Part shown: in pieces, positions 28,539 through 37,508 of the stretch
Layout: each line of letters opens with the position of its first letter
Numbering within the stretch: the stretch's first letter is position 1
NCBI GenBank assembly: GCA_965213685.1
Contig: CBDBZY010000026.1
Coordinates: 1 to 45,156, forward strand
Length of the DNA: 45,156 bases
Direction of reading: 5' to 3'
Source of the DNA: a bacterium
GTDB taxonomy: Bacteria; UBA8248
The notes under the pieces: model-generated
What the model was told of the DNA's origin: nothing
The model's database searches: none
Seen by the model: the letters and a program-made list of their open reading frames with translations, nothing else
Program-made: the position numbers and the translations under genes

Positions 28539-30782
28539 ATGAGAGATGAAGCCGCGGTTCCGGAGTTGCGCGTCGTCGCTGGAATCATCTGGCGCGAGGG
28601 GCGCATCCTCGTTTGCCAGCGACCGGAGGGCGGGCATATGCCCGGTCTCTGGGAGTTTCCCGGCGGCAAAGTGGAGCGCGGCGAAAACGCCCGGGCGGCG
28701 CTGCGTCGGGAGATTGGCGAGGAGCTCGGCATCGAGGCGCGCGTCGGCCGCCTGCGCTGGGAGACGCGCCACCGCTATCCCGACAGGAGCGTTCACCTGC
28801 GCTTCTATGATTGCGCGTGGAAAAGCGGGGCGGCGCGGAATCTGGGGGTGGCCAGGCACGAGTGGGTGCGCCCCTCCGCGTTGGGGGATTTTGATTTCCT
28901 GCCCGCCGACGCGCGGCTGATAGATTCTCTCATGCGCCCCCGGAAAACGCGCGATTCCGGCAAAAACCCCCGAACCCGAAACGCTTCGGGAGATTTGCGC
29001 GTCGCCTATGATGCGTGTCTGGGAATCGCGGCCGGCCACTATGAGAATTTCCCCGTCGCCTCGCGGCTGCTGCCGGCGCGGGTGCGCCCGCATGTGGCCG
29101 CGGTCTACGCCTTCGCAAGAGGCGCGGACGACGTCGCCGACGGGGCCGGGCGCGCGGACGAGCGCCTCGCGCGTCTGGAGGAATGGGAAGAGAGGCTCCT
29201 GGCGGCGCGGAGGGGAATCGCGGAGTCGGACGTTTTCCGGGCGCTTTCGGACACGATGCGTCGTTTCGACTTGCCCCTGCGGCCTTTTCAGGATTTGCTC
29301 TCGGCGTTTCGGCAAGACGTCACGGTGACCCGATACCCGGACTACGAAGCCTTGCGCGACTATTGCCGCCGTTCCGCGAACCCGGTCGGGCGCGTGGTTC
29401 TCATGCTGCACGGCATACGCGACGCGGAGGCCCTGCGCGCGTCGGACGCCATATGCACGGCCTTGCAGATCGCGAATCACCTGCAGGACGTCAGGGGGGA
29501 CGCCGAGCGCGGCGTCGTCTATATGCCGCAGGACGAGATGGAGAGATTCGCCGTCTCCGAGGGAGATTTGACGCGGGATGCGGCGACGCCTCCGCTGCGC
29601 GCGTTTCTCGTTTTCCAGATACGAAGAACGAAGCGTCTTTTCCGGGAGGGGCTGCCGCTGTTGTACCGGACACGCGGCGCGCTCGGCCGCGAGCTTCGGG
29701 CGATCTGGCGCGGCGGCATCGCGGCACTCGACGCGATCTCCCGCGCCGGGTGGAACGTTTGCGCAGGCTCGCCCACCCTGAACCGCCGGGACAGGGCCGC
29801 GTTGTTTCTCGCGGCGCTTCGCCCGGTCTATCGGCTGGAGTCCCTGGTGGACCGGCGCGCGGAAGAAGAGTTGCGCCGCCGATATTGCCGCTGGCTCATC
29901 CGCGCGAGCCGCTCGAATTTTTCCCTCCCCTTTCTCGCCCTGCCGGCGGACAGGAGGCGCGCCCTCATGGCGGTGTATGCCTATTGCCGCATAGCGGACG
30001 ACATCGCCGACGCCCCGGGCGAGGAGACGGACCGCAAAAGAGCATCGCTGCGCTTCGAACGAACGTGTGGAGGAAGGGCGGATGAGCGGCGCGAGGAGAC
30101 GGACCGCAAAAAAATATCGCTGCGCGCGTGGCGGGAGGCGCTGGCGGGTTTGCGCGAGGCGGATCCACCCCACCCGATAATCGGGGAACTCGCGTGGGCG
30201 GCGCGAAAATATGATTTGCCGCCGGAACACCTTCAGGCGGTTTGCGACGGCGTGGCGATGGATTTGGAGGAGGAGGGGAGCCGCTTCGAGGGTCTTGCCG
30301 AGCTGGAAAATTATTGCGACAAGGTGGCCTCGGCGGTGGGGCTGGCGTGTTTGGGCATCTTTGGGGCGAAGTCGGAATCCGCGAAACATTACGCCACCTG
30401 TCTGGGCAGAGCGCTTCAGATGACGAATATCCTGCGCGACGTCTGGGAGGATGCGGCGCGCGGGCGGTGCTACATTCCGCAAGACGAGATGGAAAAATAC
30501 GGGGTGACGGCCTCCGATCTGGCGAGCGGGAGGCATACCCCCGAGGTGGTGCGTCTTCTGCGGCTTCAGGCGCGGCGGGCGCGCGGGTATTACGAGCGGG
30601 CGGATGCTGCGTTGCGCGAGGGGGAGAGGGGAGCCCTCTTCCCTGCGAGACTCATGGCCCGCATCTACCAGAGGCTTTTGCGGAAGATGGAAGCCGATCA
30701 TTTCCGGCACACGGACTATCGCCCCTCTGTCCCCTCCCGGGAAAAACTGCACGAAGCGCTCCGCTGCTTTCTGGAGCCATAG
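28539..30782 (+). CDS. Nudix (MutT-like)-HpnC-HpnD fusion protein
   Basis: One 747-aa ORF: Nudix box WEFPGGKVERGENARAALRREIGEELG; HpnC HYENFPVAS, ADDVAD, RSANPVGR, NHLQDV; HpnD SNF, YAYCRIADDIAD, VASAVG, TNILRDVWED. Confidence 0.85.
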   Translation: MRDEAAVPELRVVAGIIWREGRILVCQRPEGGHMPGLWEFPGGKVERGENARAALRREIGEELGIEARVGRLRWETRHRYPDRSVHLRFYDCAWKSGAARNLGVARHEWVRPSALGDFDFLPADARLIDSLMRPRKTRDSGKNPRTRNASGDLRVAYDACLGIAAGHYENFPVASRLLPARVRPHVAAVYAFARGADDVADGAGRADERLARLEEWEERLLAARRGIAESDVFRALSDTMRRFDLPLRPFQDLLSAFRQDVTVTRYPDYEALRDYCRRSANPVGRVVLMLHGIRDAEALRASDAICTALQIANHLQDVRGDAERGVVYMPQDEMERFAVSEGDLTRDAATPPLRAFLVFQIRRTKRLFREGLPLLYRTRGALGRELRAIWRGGIAALDAISRAGWNVCAGSPTLNRRDRAALFLAALRPVYRLESLVDRRAEEELRRRYCRWLIRASRSNFSLPFLALPADRRRALMAVYAYCRIADDIADAPGEETDRKRASLRFERTCGGRADERREETDRKKISLRAWREALAGLREADPPHPIIGELAWAARKYDLPPEHLQAVCDGVAMDLEEEGSRFEGLAELENYCDKVASAVGLACLGIFGAKSESAKHYATCLGRALQMTNILRDVWEDAARGRCYIPQDEMEKYGVTASDLASGRHTPEVVRLLRLQARRARGYYERADAALREGERGALFPARLMARIYQRLLRKMEADHFRHTDYRPSVPSREKLHEALRCFLEP
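30019..30125 (+). repeat. in-frame 35-nt direct repeat, 72-nt period, inside the HpnD domain
   Basis: 30019-30053 vs 30091-30125, 3 mismatches; EETDRKRASLR / EETDRKKISLR. Confidence 0.85.
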
Positions 30783-30785
30783 GCG

Positions 30786-32135
30786 ATGGCCCCGCCCGCG
30801 CGATGCGAGCAGCCGATCGTCGTCATCGGCGCCGGCGCCTCGGGACTGTCCGCCGCTTTGCGCCTTGCGGAGTCGGGCCTCAGGGTGGTGGTGCTCGAGG
30901 CGGGCGCCCTCCTCGGCGGCCGGGCGCGTTGCTTCGCCCACCGGGGCGCGGAGCTGGACTGGGGTCCGCACTTGTTGATGGCGGCGAATCCCTCGTTCCG
31001 CTCTTTGCTGGAGAGGACGGGAGCCGCCGCCGACGTTTTTTTCTATCCCTCGCTGGGGGTGAGCTACCGCGTTCGGGAAGCGGGACTCGTCCGGCGGACG
31101 CGATTGTCGCTTCCCGGGAGCGGGGGTGCCCCGGCGCAGGTTTGGGGCTTGCTGAAATGGCGGGGCCCGCGCTTCGGGGAGAAATGGCGCATTCTGCGCG
31201 GCCTTTCCAAAATCGTTTCCGGGTCAGCGGACGAGAGGCCGGACGAGTCGGTGCGCGAAATGCTCCGACGCTTTGGGCACGGGGAGGAGGCCGCGCACTG
31301 GTTTTGGGAGCCGTTCGCGCGCGCGGTGTTGAACCTGCCCCTGGAGCGGGCGAGTGCGAAGTTGTTCCGGACGGTCGTTCGCGAGGCCTTCGCCCATGGC
31401 CCCGGGGGGGCCGCCCTGGGCGTTCCGACGACGACCCTCGGCTCGGTATGGTCGGAGCGATGCGCGCGAAGGATCGAGCAACTGGGCGGGGAGGTGAGGT
31501 TGAAGTCGCCCGTGCTCGGCCTGGATGTCGGGCGTGCGGGAATGAGGGGCGTGATTCTCGACGGGCGGGAGGCTCTTCCCGCGCGCGCGGTCATATCCGC
31601 CGTGCCGCCCGACGCGCTTGGCAGGTTGGCGGAGGGGGAATTCGCGGAGCGAACGCTTTTCCCGAACCTGGGGAAACTCCGCCCGGGCCCCATCGCCAGC
31701 GCCTACTGCTGGCTGAAGAAACCGGATGCGGGGCCGCGCGTGGAGGCCATCCTGAACGAGGATTGGCATTGGCTGTTTCGTCCCGGGGCGGGCGGAGCGG
31801 ACGCTGAAAACCTGGTGTGCCTGCTGGCCGGAGCCGATGACTCCATCGCGGCCGGGAGTCGGCGCGCCATGAAGTCATCCGCGGCGGAATGTCTGAACCG
31901 CCTCATTCCCGGCAATGCCGTCCGGGATGTTCTGGTGGTGCGGGAGCGCGCGGCCACCTGGGCGAACGGGGTGGCGGAGCAGGATGGCCGGATGGACACG
32001 CGAACGCCCATCGCGGGTTTCTTTCTGGCTGGCGACTGGACTCGGACGGGCCTGCCGGCCACCGTGGAGGGGGCGGTGCGAAGCGGGGACAAGGCGGCGG
32101 AGGCGGTTTTGGAGGGCGTGCGCGCAGGCGGGTAA
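30786..32135 (+). CDS. hpnE: hydroxysqualene dehydroxylase HpnE
   Basis: IGAGASG, LGGRA, DWGPHLLM, ERAAT, AGDWTRTGLPATVEGAVRSG; directly after hpnCD. Confidence 0.87.
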   Translation: MAPPARCEQPIVVIGAGASGLSAALRLAESGLRVVVLEAGALLGGRARCFAHRGAELDWGPHLLMAANPSFRSLLERTGAAADVFFYPSLGVSYRVREAGLVRRTRLSLPGSGGAPAQVWGLLKWRGPRFGEKWRILRGLSKIVSGSADERPDESVREMLRRFGHGEEAAHWFWEPFARAVLNLPLERASAKLFRTVVREAFAHGPGGAALGVPTTTLGSVWSERCARRIEQLGGEVRLKSPVLGLDVGRAGMRGVILDGREALPARAVISAVPPDALGRLAEGEFAERTLFPNLGKLRPGPIASAYCWLKKPDAGPRVEAILNEDWHWLFRPGAGGADAENLVCLLAGADDSIAAGSRRAMKSSAAECLNRLIPGNAVRDVLVVRERAATWANGVAEQDGRMDTRTPIAGFFLAGDWTRTGLPATVEGAVRSGDKAAEAVLEGVRAGG

Positions 32136-32210
32136 CCTCTCGCAACAGGGGGTGCGACGTCGCAGCAAGGGACTCGATGGCGGGAAGGGGCAGTCTGCCT
32201 GCGCGTTGTG

Positions 32211-32417
32211 CTACATTCCCAGTTTCGTCACGTTCGCCGCCTGAAGCCCTTTCGGGCCTTGGGTCACATCGAACGCAACCCGTTCGCCTTCTTGCAGGGA
32301 TTTGAATCCATCTCCGACGATGGCCGAGAAATGAACGAAGATGTCTTCGCCGCCTTCACGAGAGATGAAACCATACCCTTTTTTGTCGCTGAACCACTTT
32401 ACGTTTCCTTCTGGCAC
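32211..32417 (-). CDS. cold-shock protein (CspA family)
   Basis: [34 protein letters not shown]; GTG start. Confidence 0.96.
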   Translation of the reverse strand: MPEGNVKWFSDKKGYGFISREGGEDIFVHFSAIVGDGFKSLQEGERVAFDVTQGPKGLQAANVTKLGM

Positions 32418-32547
32418 CTCCCATCCTCCCGAGCGAGACCCCGTTCCGGGGTCGAGGACCTCATGCCCAGACAAGTCCCTGCCTGGACGCTTGATTCACG
32501 GGGAAACGGAATTTAATTTCCCCGCCGAAAAGAGATCGTAGGCGAAC

Positions 32548-32576
32548 AGGATGCTTTGTTGGGGGCGTTGTGTCAA
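32548..32576 (-). promoter_or_regulatory. possible sigma70 promoter for the csp gene (long 5' UTR)
   Basis: TTGACA-N17-CATCCT about 130 nt upstream of the start codon. Confidence 0.45.
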
Positions 32577-32591
32577 GTTGCTGTATTTTCA

Positions 32592-34217
32592 TTATTCCGC
32601 CCGAACGTCTTTTGAGCCGACATAGCCGTCGGGATTGATGACGGCGTCGATGACCCACGGTTGAGGAGACGAGAATGCGCACCGGAGCGCAGCCTCCAGT
32701 TCCCGCTCGGTATGGACGCGCGCACCCGCACAGCCCAGGCCTTTCGCCACGGCGGAATAATCGGAGTCGCGAAACTCGGTGCCAAGACGCGGGAAAGATC
32801 GGTTGTCCTGCTTGATCTTGATCAGGTTCAGACACCTGTCGTTGAACACGACGACGACGAAGGGGACCTGCTCCCGAACGGCGACTTCCATGTCGCCAAT
32901 CCGCATGAGGAACCCCCCGTCTCCCGTCAGGCAGACGACGGGCGCGTCCGGCTCCGTCATTTTGGCCGCCATGGCGGCGGGTATGGCGACCGCCATCGAG
33001 CCGAGCCCGCTGGAGGTGAGATAGCCCCGGGGGCGTCTCGTCTCCCAGATGTCGTTGGCCAGGACTTTATGGCTTCCGGCGTCTGCGGTCATGATGCCGT
33101 TGTCGGGGAGACACGCCCGGGCGATCCGGATGACGGCACCGGGCATCAGGCCCTCTCCTGCGGGGAACAGCGCGGCCTGCCTCATTTTCTTGTAGGAATC
33201 CATCTCCTCGGTGTTCCAGGCGTGGCCGGAGGGGACGAGTGCGCTCAACTCTCTGAGGATGTCGGCGAGGTGGGCGACGACTTCCACCTCGGGACGAATC
33301 AAGTCGTCGAGATGGGCGACCTCGTCCAGATTGACCACCCGCTGCGGATAGTCCCAATACCCGGGGGCGAACACCTCCACCGTGTCGAAGCCCACCAGGA
33401 TGAGCAAATCCGACTTGTCTATCAATTCCCGCTCGGAGGGTGCCCCGCGGAAGGTTCCCATGGCGAGGGGGTGATTTTCCGGCAACACCCCCTTCGCCGC
33501 CGGCGAAGCGAGAACGGGTGCCCCGAGCCTCTCGGCGAAGCGGATGAATTGCGCTTCCGCCTCTCGTCCGGAGCGGTTGACCTGGAGGCCCGCTATCACT
33601 ATCGGGTTTTTCGACTCCGAGATCGCGGCGATGGCTGCGGCGACGCCCGGGTGGGCGGAGCCGATGCGTCCCGCATATCTCTGGGGATTTCCTTCCGGCG
33701 GAAAATCACGCTCCTCCGCGTCCGCCAGCATGACGTCGTATGGAAGGTCCACGTGCACCGGGCCCGGCCTTGCCTGCGTGGCCAGAGCGAGGGCGCGCCG
33801 GATGGTCGCCGCCGCGTTATCCCGCGCGAGCTGGAAGGTTCCTTTTGTGATGGGACGAAACAGGCGATCCTGCTCGAGCTTTTGCCGTCCCTGGCGGCGA
33901 AACTGCGCATCGGAGAAACGGTCGGTCAAAACGAGGCACGGCGCGCGTTCGAGGTGGTTGTTCGCCACGCCGTGGAGGACGGCCGCCGCCCCCGGGCCGA
34001 CTCCCGTGCTCACCACCCCCGGCCGTCCCGTCATGATGCCGTAGGTTCCCGCCTTGACGGCCGCGCTGCTCTCGTTGCTGCAAAGGACGTAGCGCAGGCC
34101 GCGCTTTCTGGCCGCCTCGATGAGCTCCACCGAGCTGAGGCTCCCGGGGACTCCGAAGATGCATTCAACGCCTGCGGCCTGAAGGGCGGCCGCCACGACA
34201 TCGGCATACGTGGCCAT
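32592..34217 (-). CDS. thiamine pyrophosphate-binding protein (acetolactate synthase large-subunit-like)
   Basis: FGVPG, NESSA, GPG, PGPVHVDLP, GLGSM, GDGGFLM...FND. Confidence 0.9.
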   Translation of the reverse strand: MATYADVVAAALQAAGVECIFGVPGSLSSVELIEAARKRGLRYVLCSNESSAAVKAGTYGIMTGRPGVVSTGVGPGAAAVLHGVANNHLERAPCLVLTDRFSDAQFRRQGRQKLEQDRLFRPITKGTFQLARDNAAATIRRALALATQARPGPVHVDLPYDVMLADAEERDFPPEGNPQRYAGRIGSAHPGVAAAIAAISESKNPIVIAGLQVNRSGREAEAQFIRFAERLGAPVLASPAAKGVLPENHPLAMGTFRGAPSERELIDKSDLLILVGFDTVEVFAPGYWDYPQRVVNLDEVAHLDDLIRPEVEVVAHLADILRELSALVPSGHAWNTEEMDSYKKMRQAALFPAGEGLMPGAVIRIARACLPDNGIMTADAGSHKVLANDIWETRRPRGYLTSSGLGSMAVAIPAAMAAKMTEPDAPVVCLTGDGGFLMRIGDMEVAVREQVPFVVVVFNDRCLNLIKIKQDNRSFPRLGTEFRDSDYSAVAKGLGCAGARVHTERELEAALRCAFSSPQPWVIDAVINPDGYVGSKDVRAE

Positions 34218-34318
34218 CGGGTTGTTCCTGTCGATGATAAATTGTGAATTCTGGAGAATCAGCATACCATAACCGGGGGGATGAAAAACGGGGAATCCAC
34301 AGGAAAAAGGACGCCGTT

Positions 34319-35161
34319 TTGCCTTTGAGCGACTCTCAGCTGGAAGCCGTTTGCGATCTGCTGGATGATGGTTCGCCGAGCGTGGCCGCGGTTTTGAACC
34401 GCCAGGTTTCAGGGTTCTCGGACGAGGAGCGGACGAAACTCTTCTTGATGTTGCAAAAGCGCGAGTCCCAGGGGGTGCTGCTGCCGCCATCGCTCAGGCG
34501 CTTCCATTACGCGCGGATCGAAGACGCTTTCTTGGACTGGTCTCTCTCCTCGGGGAAGGATGCGGATCTGGAGGATGCGTGCTTTATCCTGGCGTCCTTC
34601 GGCCACCCGCTGGAGGACATGAAGACGAGAAAGGACGAATTGCGGAACATGGAGGCGCATTTGCGCCAGCGTCTGGGGGGTCTCGCCGAAACGGACGCGG
34701 TTCTCGCCGAGGTGGTCGCGTATCTGCACGGAGACCTCCGGTTTGACGGGGATCGGGAAAATTACTATGACGCGCAAAACAGCTTTCTGAATCGCGTGCT
34801 GGATCGCAGGCGGGGCATTCCCATATCCCTCTCCGCCCTGTATCTGATTCTCGCCAGGCGGCTGCGGCTTCCGTTTCATGGCGTGGGGATGCCGGGACAT
34901 TTCATCGTCAGGTACCAGTCCGTGGAAGGCCCCATATTTCTGGACCCCTATGATCGGGGCAAACGCCTGAGCGTGGGGGATTGCGCGGAAATCGTCCGGG
35001 GGCTAGGCTATCATTTTGACATGCGGTTTTTGCAGGAAACCCCGCCTCGGCGCATCGTGGAGCGGATGCTCAACAATCTGATCGGCGTTTACAAGCGCGA
35101 CGGCGAGGATGAGAAGGCGACCTGTCTGCTCCGCTGTCGGGAACTGGCGCAGCGGGGATAA
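34319..35161 (+). CDS. SirB1 / transglutaminase-like domain protein
   Basis: YYDAQNSFLNRVLDRRRGIPISL, GVGMPGHF, LDPY, RMLNNL. Start codon uncertain. Confidence 0.85.
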   Translation: MPLSDSQLEAVCDLLDDGSPSVAAVLNRQVSGFSDEERTKLFLMLQKRESQGVLLPPSLRRFHYARIEDAFLDWSLSSGKDADLEDACFILASFGHPLEDMKTRKDELRNMEAHLRQRLGGLAETDAVLAEVVAYLHGDLRFDGDRENYYDAQNSFLNRVLDRRRGIPISLSALYLILARRLRLPFHGVGMPGHFIVRYQSVEGPIFLDPYDRGKRLSVGDCAEIVRGLGYHFDMRFLQETPPRRIVERMLNNLIGVYKRDGEDEKATCLLRCRELAQRG

Positions 35162-35186
35162 CCCCCTCACGCAAAAGGGATGCGGC

Positions 35187-35642
35187 ATGAACTATTTCGA
35201 GCTGGCGGAGAATCTGGCGTTCGGGGGTCAACCAAACCGCGAAGACATGGAGTCTCTCGCGCGGAGGGGAATAAAAACCCTGGTGAACTTGCGCCTGGCG
35301 GATGAAGGCGAGTCCGAGCTCCCGCCGGATGCGGAGGAAAAGGCGGCCCGGGAGCTGGGGATGGACTTCGTGCATATTCCCGTAAGCGTCAGCACCATGA
35401 ATGACGCCTTGTCCAAAGAAATCGGCGAGACGATTCGCGGGGCCAGAAAAGGCGGACCGGTGTTTGTCCACTGAAAGGGCATGGGGCGGGCCGGGATTTG
35501 CTCGCTGATGCATCTGGCGGAAGAGGAGGAGATGGGCACCGCCGAGGTGTTGCAGAAGGCGCGCGCACTGGGGCTGGACTGGCGGGCCTCCTCCATCGGG
35601 GGATATTTCCAGAAATTCGCGGACCAGAGAAAGAAGCCCTGA
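35187..35642 (+). CDS. DUF442 / PTP-fold (sulfurtransferase or phosphatase-like) putative selenoprotein, H-U-x5-R
   Basis: GGQP, GIKTLVNLR, GMDFVHIPV, GPVFVH-U(TGA 35472-35474)-KGMGRAG, then open to TGA 35640-35642 (151 aa). Confidence 0.85.
35484..35503 (+). promoter_or_regulatory. putative bacterial SECIS hairpin (weak)
   Basis: GGGCGGG[CCGGGA]UUUGCUC, 7 pairs of which 4 are G-U; loop Gs at +19..+21. Confidence 0.4.
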
Positions 35643-35663
35643 TATATCCGTCCCCGGGGATGA

Positions 35664-37355
35664 TCATTCGTCCGTGACGCACCCCTCCGATGCGGAAGAC
35701 ACGCATTGGGCGTATTTGTAGAGCGTGCCCCGGGTGGCCTTCAGCGCGGGTGCCCGCCAATTCTCGCGGCGTCTCTCTATCTCGGCGCAGGATACCCGGA
35801 GTTCCATGACGCGCCCCTGGGCGTCGATCAGAATGGTGTCGTCGTCTTCGATGAGGGCGATGAGGCCGCCGGCCTGGGCTTCGGGCGTGACGTGCCCGAC
35901 GACGAAGCCGTGGGTGCCGCCCGAGAATCTCCCGTCCGTGATGAGGGCCAGCGCGTCGCCGAGGCCGGCTCCCATGATGGCGGACGTCACCGTCAGCATC
36001 TCCCGCATTCCAGGCCCGCCCCGGGGGCCCTCGTAGCGGATGATGACGACGTCTCCCCTTTGAATCCTGTTCTCCTCCAGCCCCTTGAGGGCGTCTTCCT
36101 CCGAATCGAAGCAGCGCGCGGGTCCCTCGAAACGCTCCCCCTCTTTCCCGGTAATCTTGGCGACGGCGCCCTCCTCCGCGAGGTTTCCGTAGAGGATCTG
36201 GAGATGTCCGGTTTCCTTGATGGGGGATGAGAACGGGACGATAACCTTCTGCCCCGCGTGGAGATCGGGCAAATCCTCGATGTTCTCGGCAAGCGTCTTG
36301 CCCGTGACGGTGAGGCAGTCCCCGTGGAGCAGGCCTTCTTTCAGAAGGAGTTTCTGAACGCCCGGGACGCCGCCTACGTCGTGCAGGTCTTCCATGACGA
36401 ATTTTCCGCTGGGCTTCAAGTCCGCGATGTAGGGCGTTCGGTCGCTGATCTCCTGAAAATCGTCTATCGTGAGTTCGACCCCGACGGCTTTGGCGATGGC
36501 GATGTAGTGTATGACGGCGTTGGTGGAGCCCCCCAGAGCCATGATGATGGCAATCGCGTTCTCGAACGCCTCCCTCGTCATGATGTCGCGCGGTTTGATG
36601 TCGTTTTCGAGCAGATGGTAAATGGCTTTTCCCACGTCGAGGCACTCGTTTTTCTTGTCCTCGCTCATGGCGGGGTTCGACGCGCTGTACGGCAGGCTCA
36701 TGCCCAGCGTTTCGATGGACGAGGACATCGTGTTCGCCGTGTACATGCCCCCGCAGGCACCGCCGCTCGGGCAGGCGTTCCGGATGACGGACTGAAAGCG
36801 GGCCGCATCGATCTGGCCGGAGAAGTATTCCCCGTAGGCCTGGAAGGCGGAGACCACGTCCAGCTTGTCGCCGTTGAGGAATCCCGGGCTGATGGTGCCT
36901 CCGTAGACCATCAGGCCGGGCCGGTTGAGGCGCGCCATGGCGATGATGGAGCCGGGCATGTTCTTGTCGCATCCGGGGAGCGTGACCAGGGCGTCATACC
37001 ATTGCGCGGCAACGACGGTTTCTATGGAATCGGCGATGAGGTCCCGGGATTGCAGGGAGTACTTCATCCCCTCCGTGCCCATGGAGATGCCGTCGCTCAC
37101 GCCGATGGTGTTGAAAATGAGGCCCACCATTCGCTTGTCGGCGTTCACGCTGCGTTTGATGTATTCGGCGAGTCGGTTGAGATGAAAATTGCAGGAGTTT
37201 CCCTCCCACCACATGCTGGCGATGCCAACCTGCGGATTTTTCATGTCGATCTCATCCAGTCCCGCGCCGTAGAGCATGGCCTGGGAGGCGGCCTGGGAGG
37301 GCGGCTGGGTGACGCGCTGGCTGAACCGGTTCAACGCCGTTTTCTGCTCTGCCAT
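35664..37355 (-). CDS. ilvD: dihydroxy-acid dehydratase
   Basis: [56 protein letters not shown]. Confidence 0.97.
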   Translation of the reverse strand: MAEQKTALNRFSQRVTQPPSQAASQAMLYGAGLDEIDMKNPQVGIASMWWEGNSCNFHLNRLAEYIKRSVNADKRMVGLIFNTIGVSDGISMGTEGMKYSLQSRDLIADSIETVVAAQWYDALVTLPGCDKNMPGSIIAMARLNRPGLMVYGGTISPGFLNGDKLDVVSAFQAYGEYFSGQIDAARFQSVIRNACPSGGACGGMYTANTMSSSIETLGMSLPYSASNPAMSEDKKNECLDVGKAIYHLLENDIKPRDIMTREAFENAIAIIMALGGSTNAVIHYIAIAKAVGVELTIDDFQEISDRTPYIADLKPSGKFVMEDLHDVGGVPGVQKLLLKEGLLHGDCLTVTGKTLAENIEDLPDLHAGQKVIVPFSSPIKETGHLQILYGNLAEEGAVAKITGKEGERFEGPARCFDSEEDALKGLEENRIQRGDVVIIRYEGPRGGPGMREMLTVTSAIMGAGLGDALALITDGRFSGGTHGFVVGHVTPEAQAGGLIALIEDDDTILIDAQGRVMELRVSCAEIERRRENWRAPALKATRGTLYKYAQCVSSASEGCVTDE

Positions 37356-37508
37356 GTTCTTCTCTCCTCGCTGCTCGGATGATGAAAACAATTTCCTTCA
37401 TTTCCATCGCCCTGCGATGATTTTTGGCGCTTCAGACAGAAATACCGCCATCGAATGCCCGCGCCCGCTTCGGGAGGCGGTGAGAATGCGCGAACATCAT
37501 GGACGACT

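Noticed and set aside
6638-35642. Genome-wide UGA reassignment (Trp or Gly codes) as the explanation for the in-frame TGAs
   Set aside because: Many genes here end in TGA, often in ATGA/GTGA overlaps; Trp is encoded by TGG; the internal TGAs occur only at Cys-type catalytic positions.
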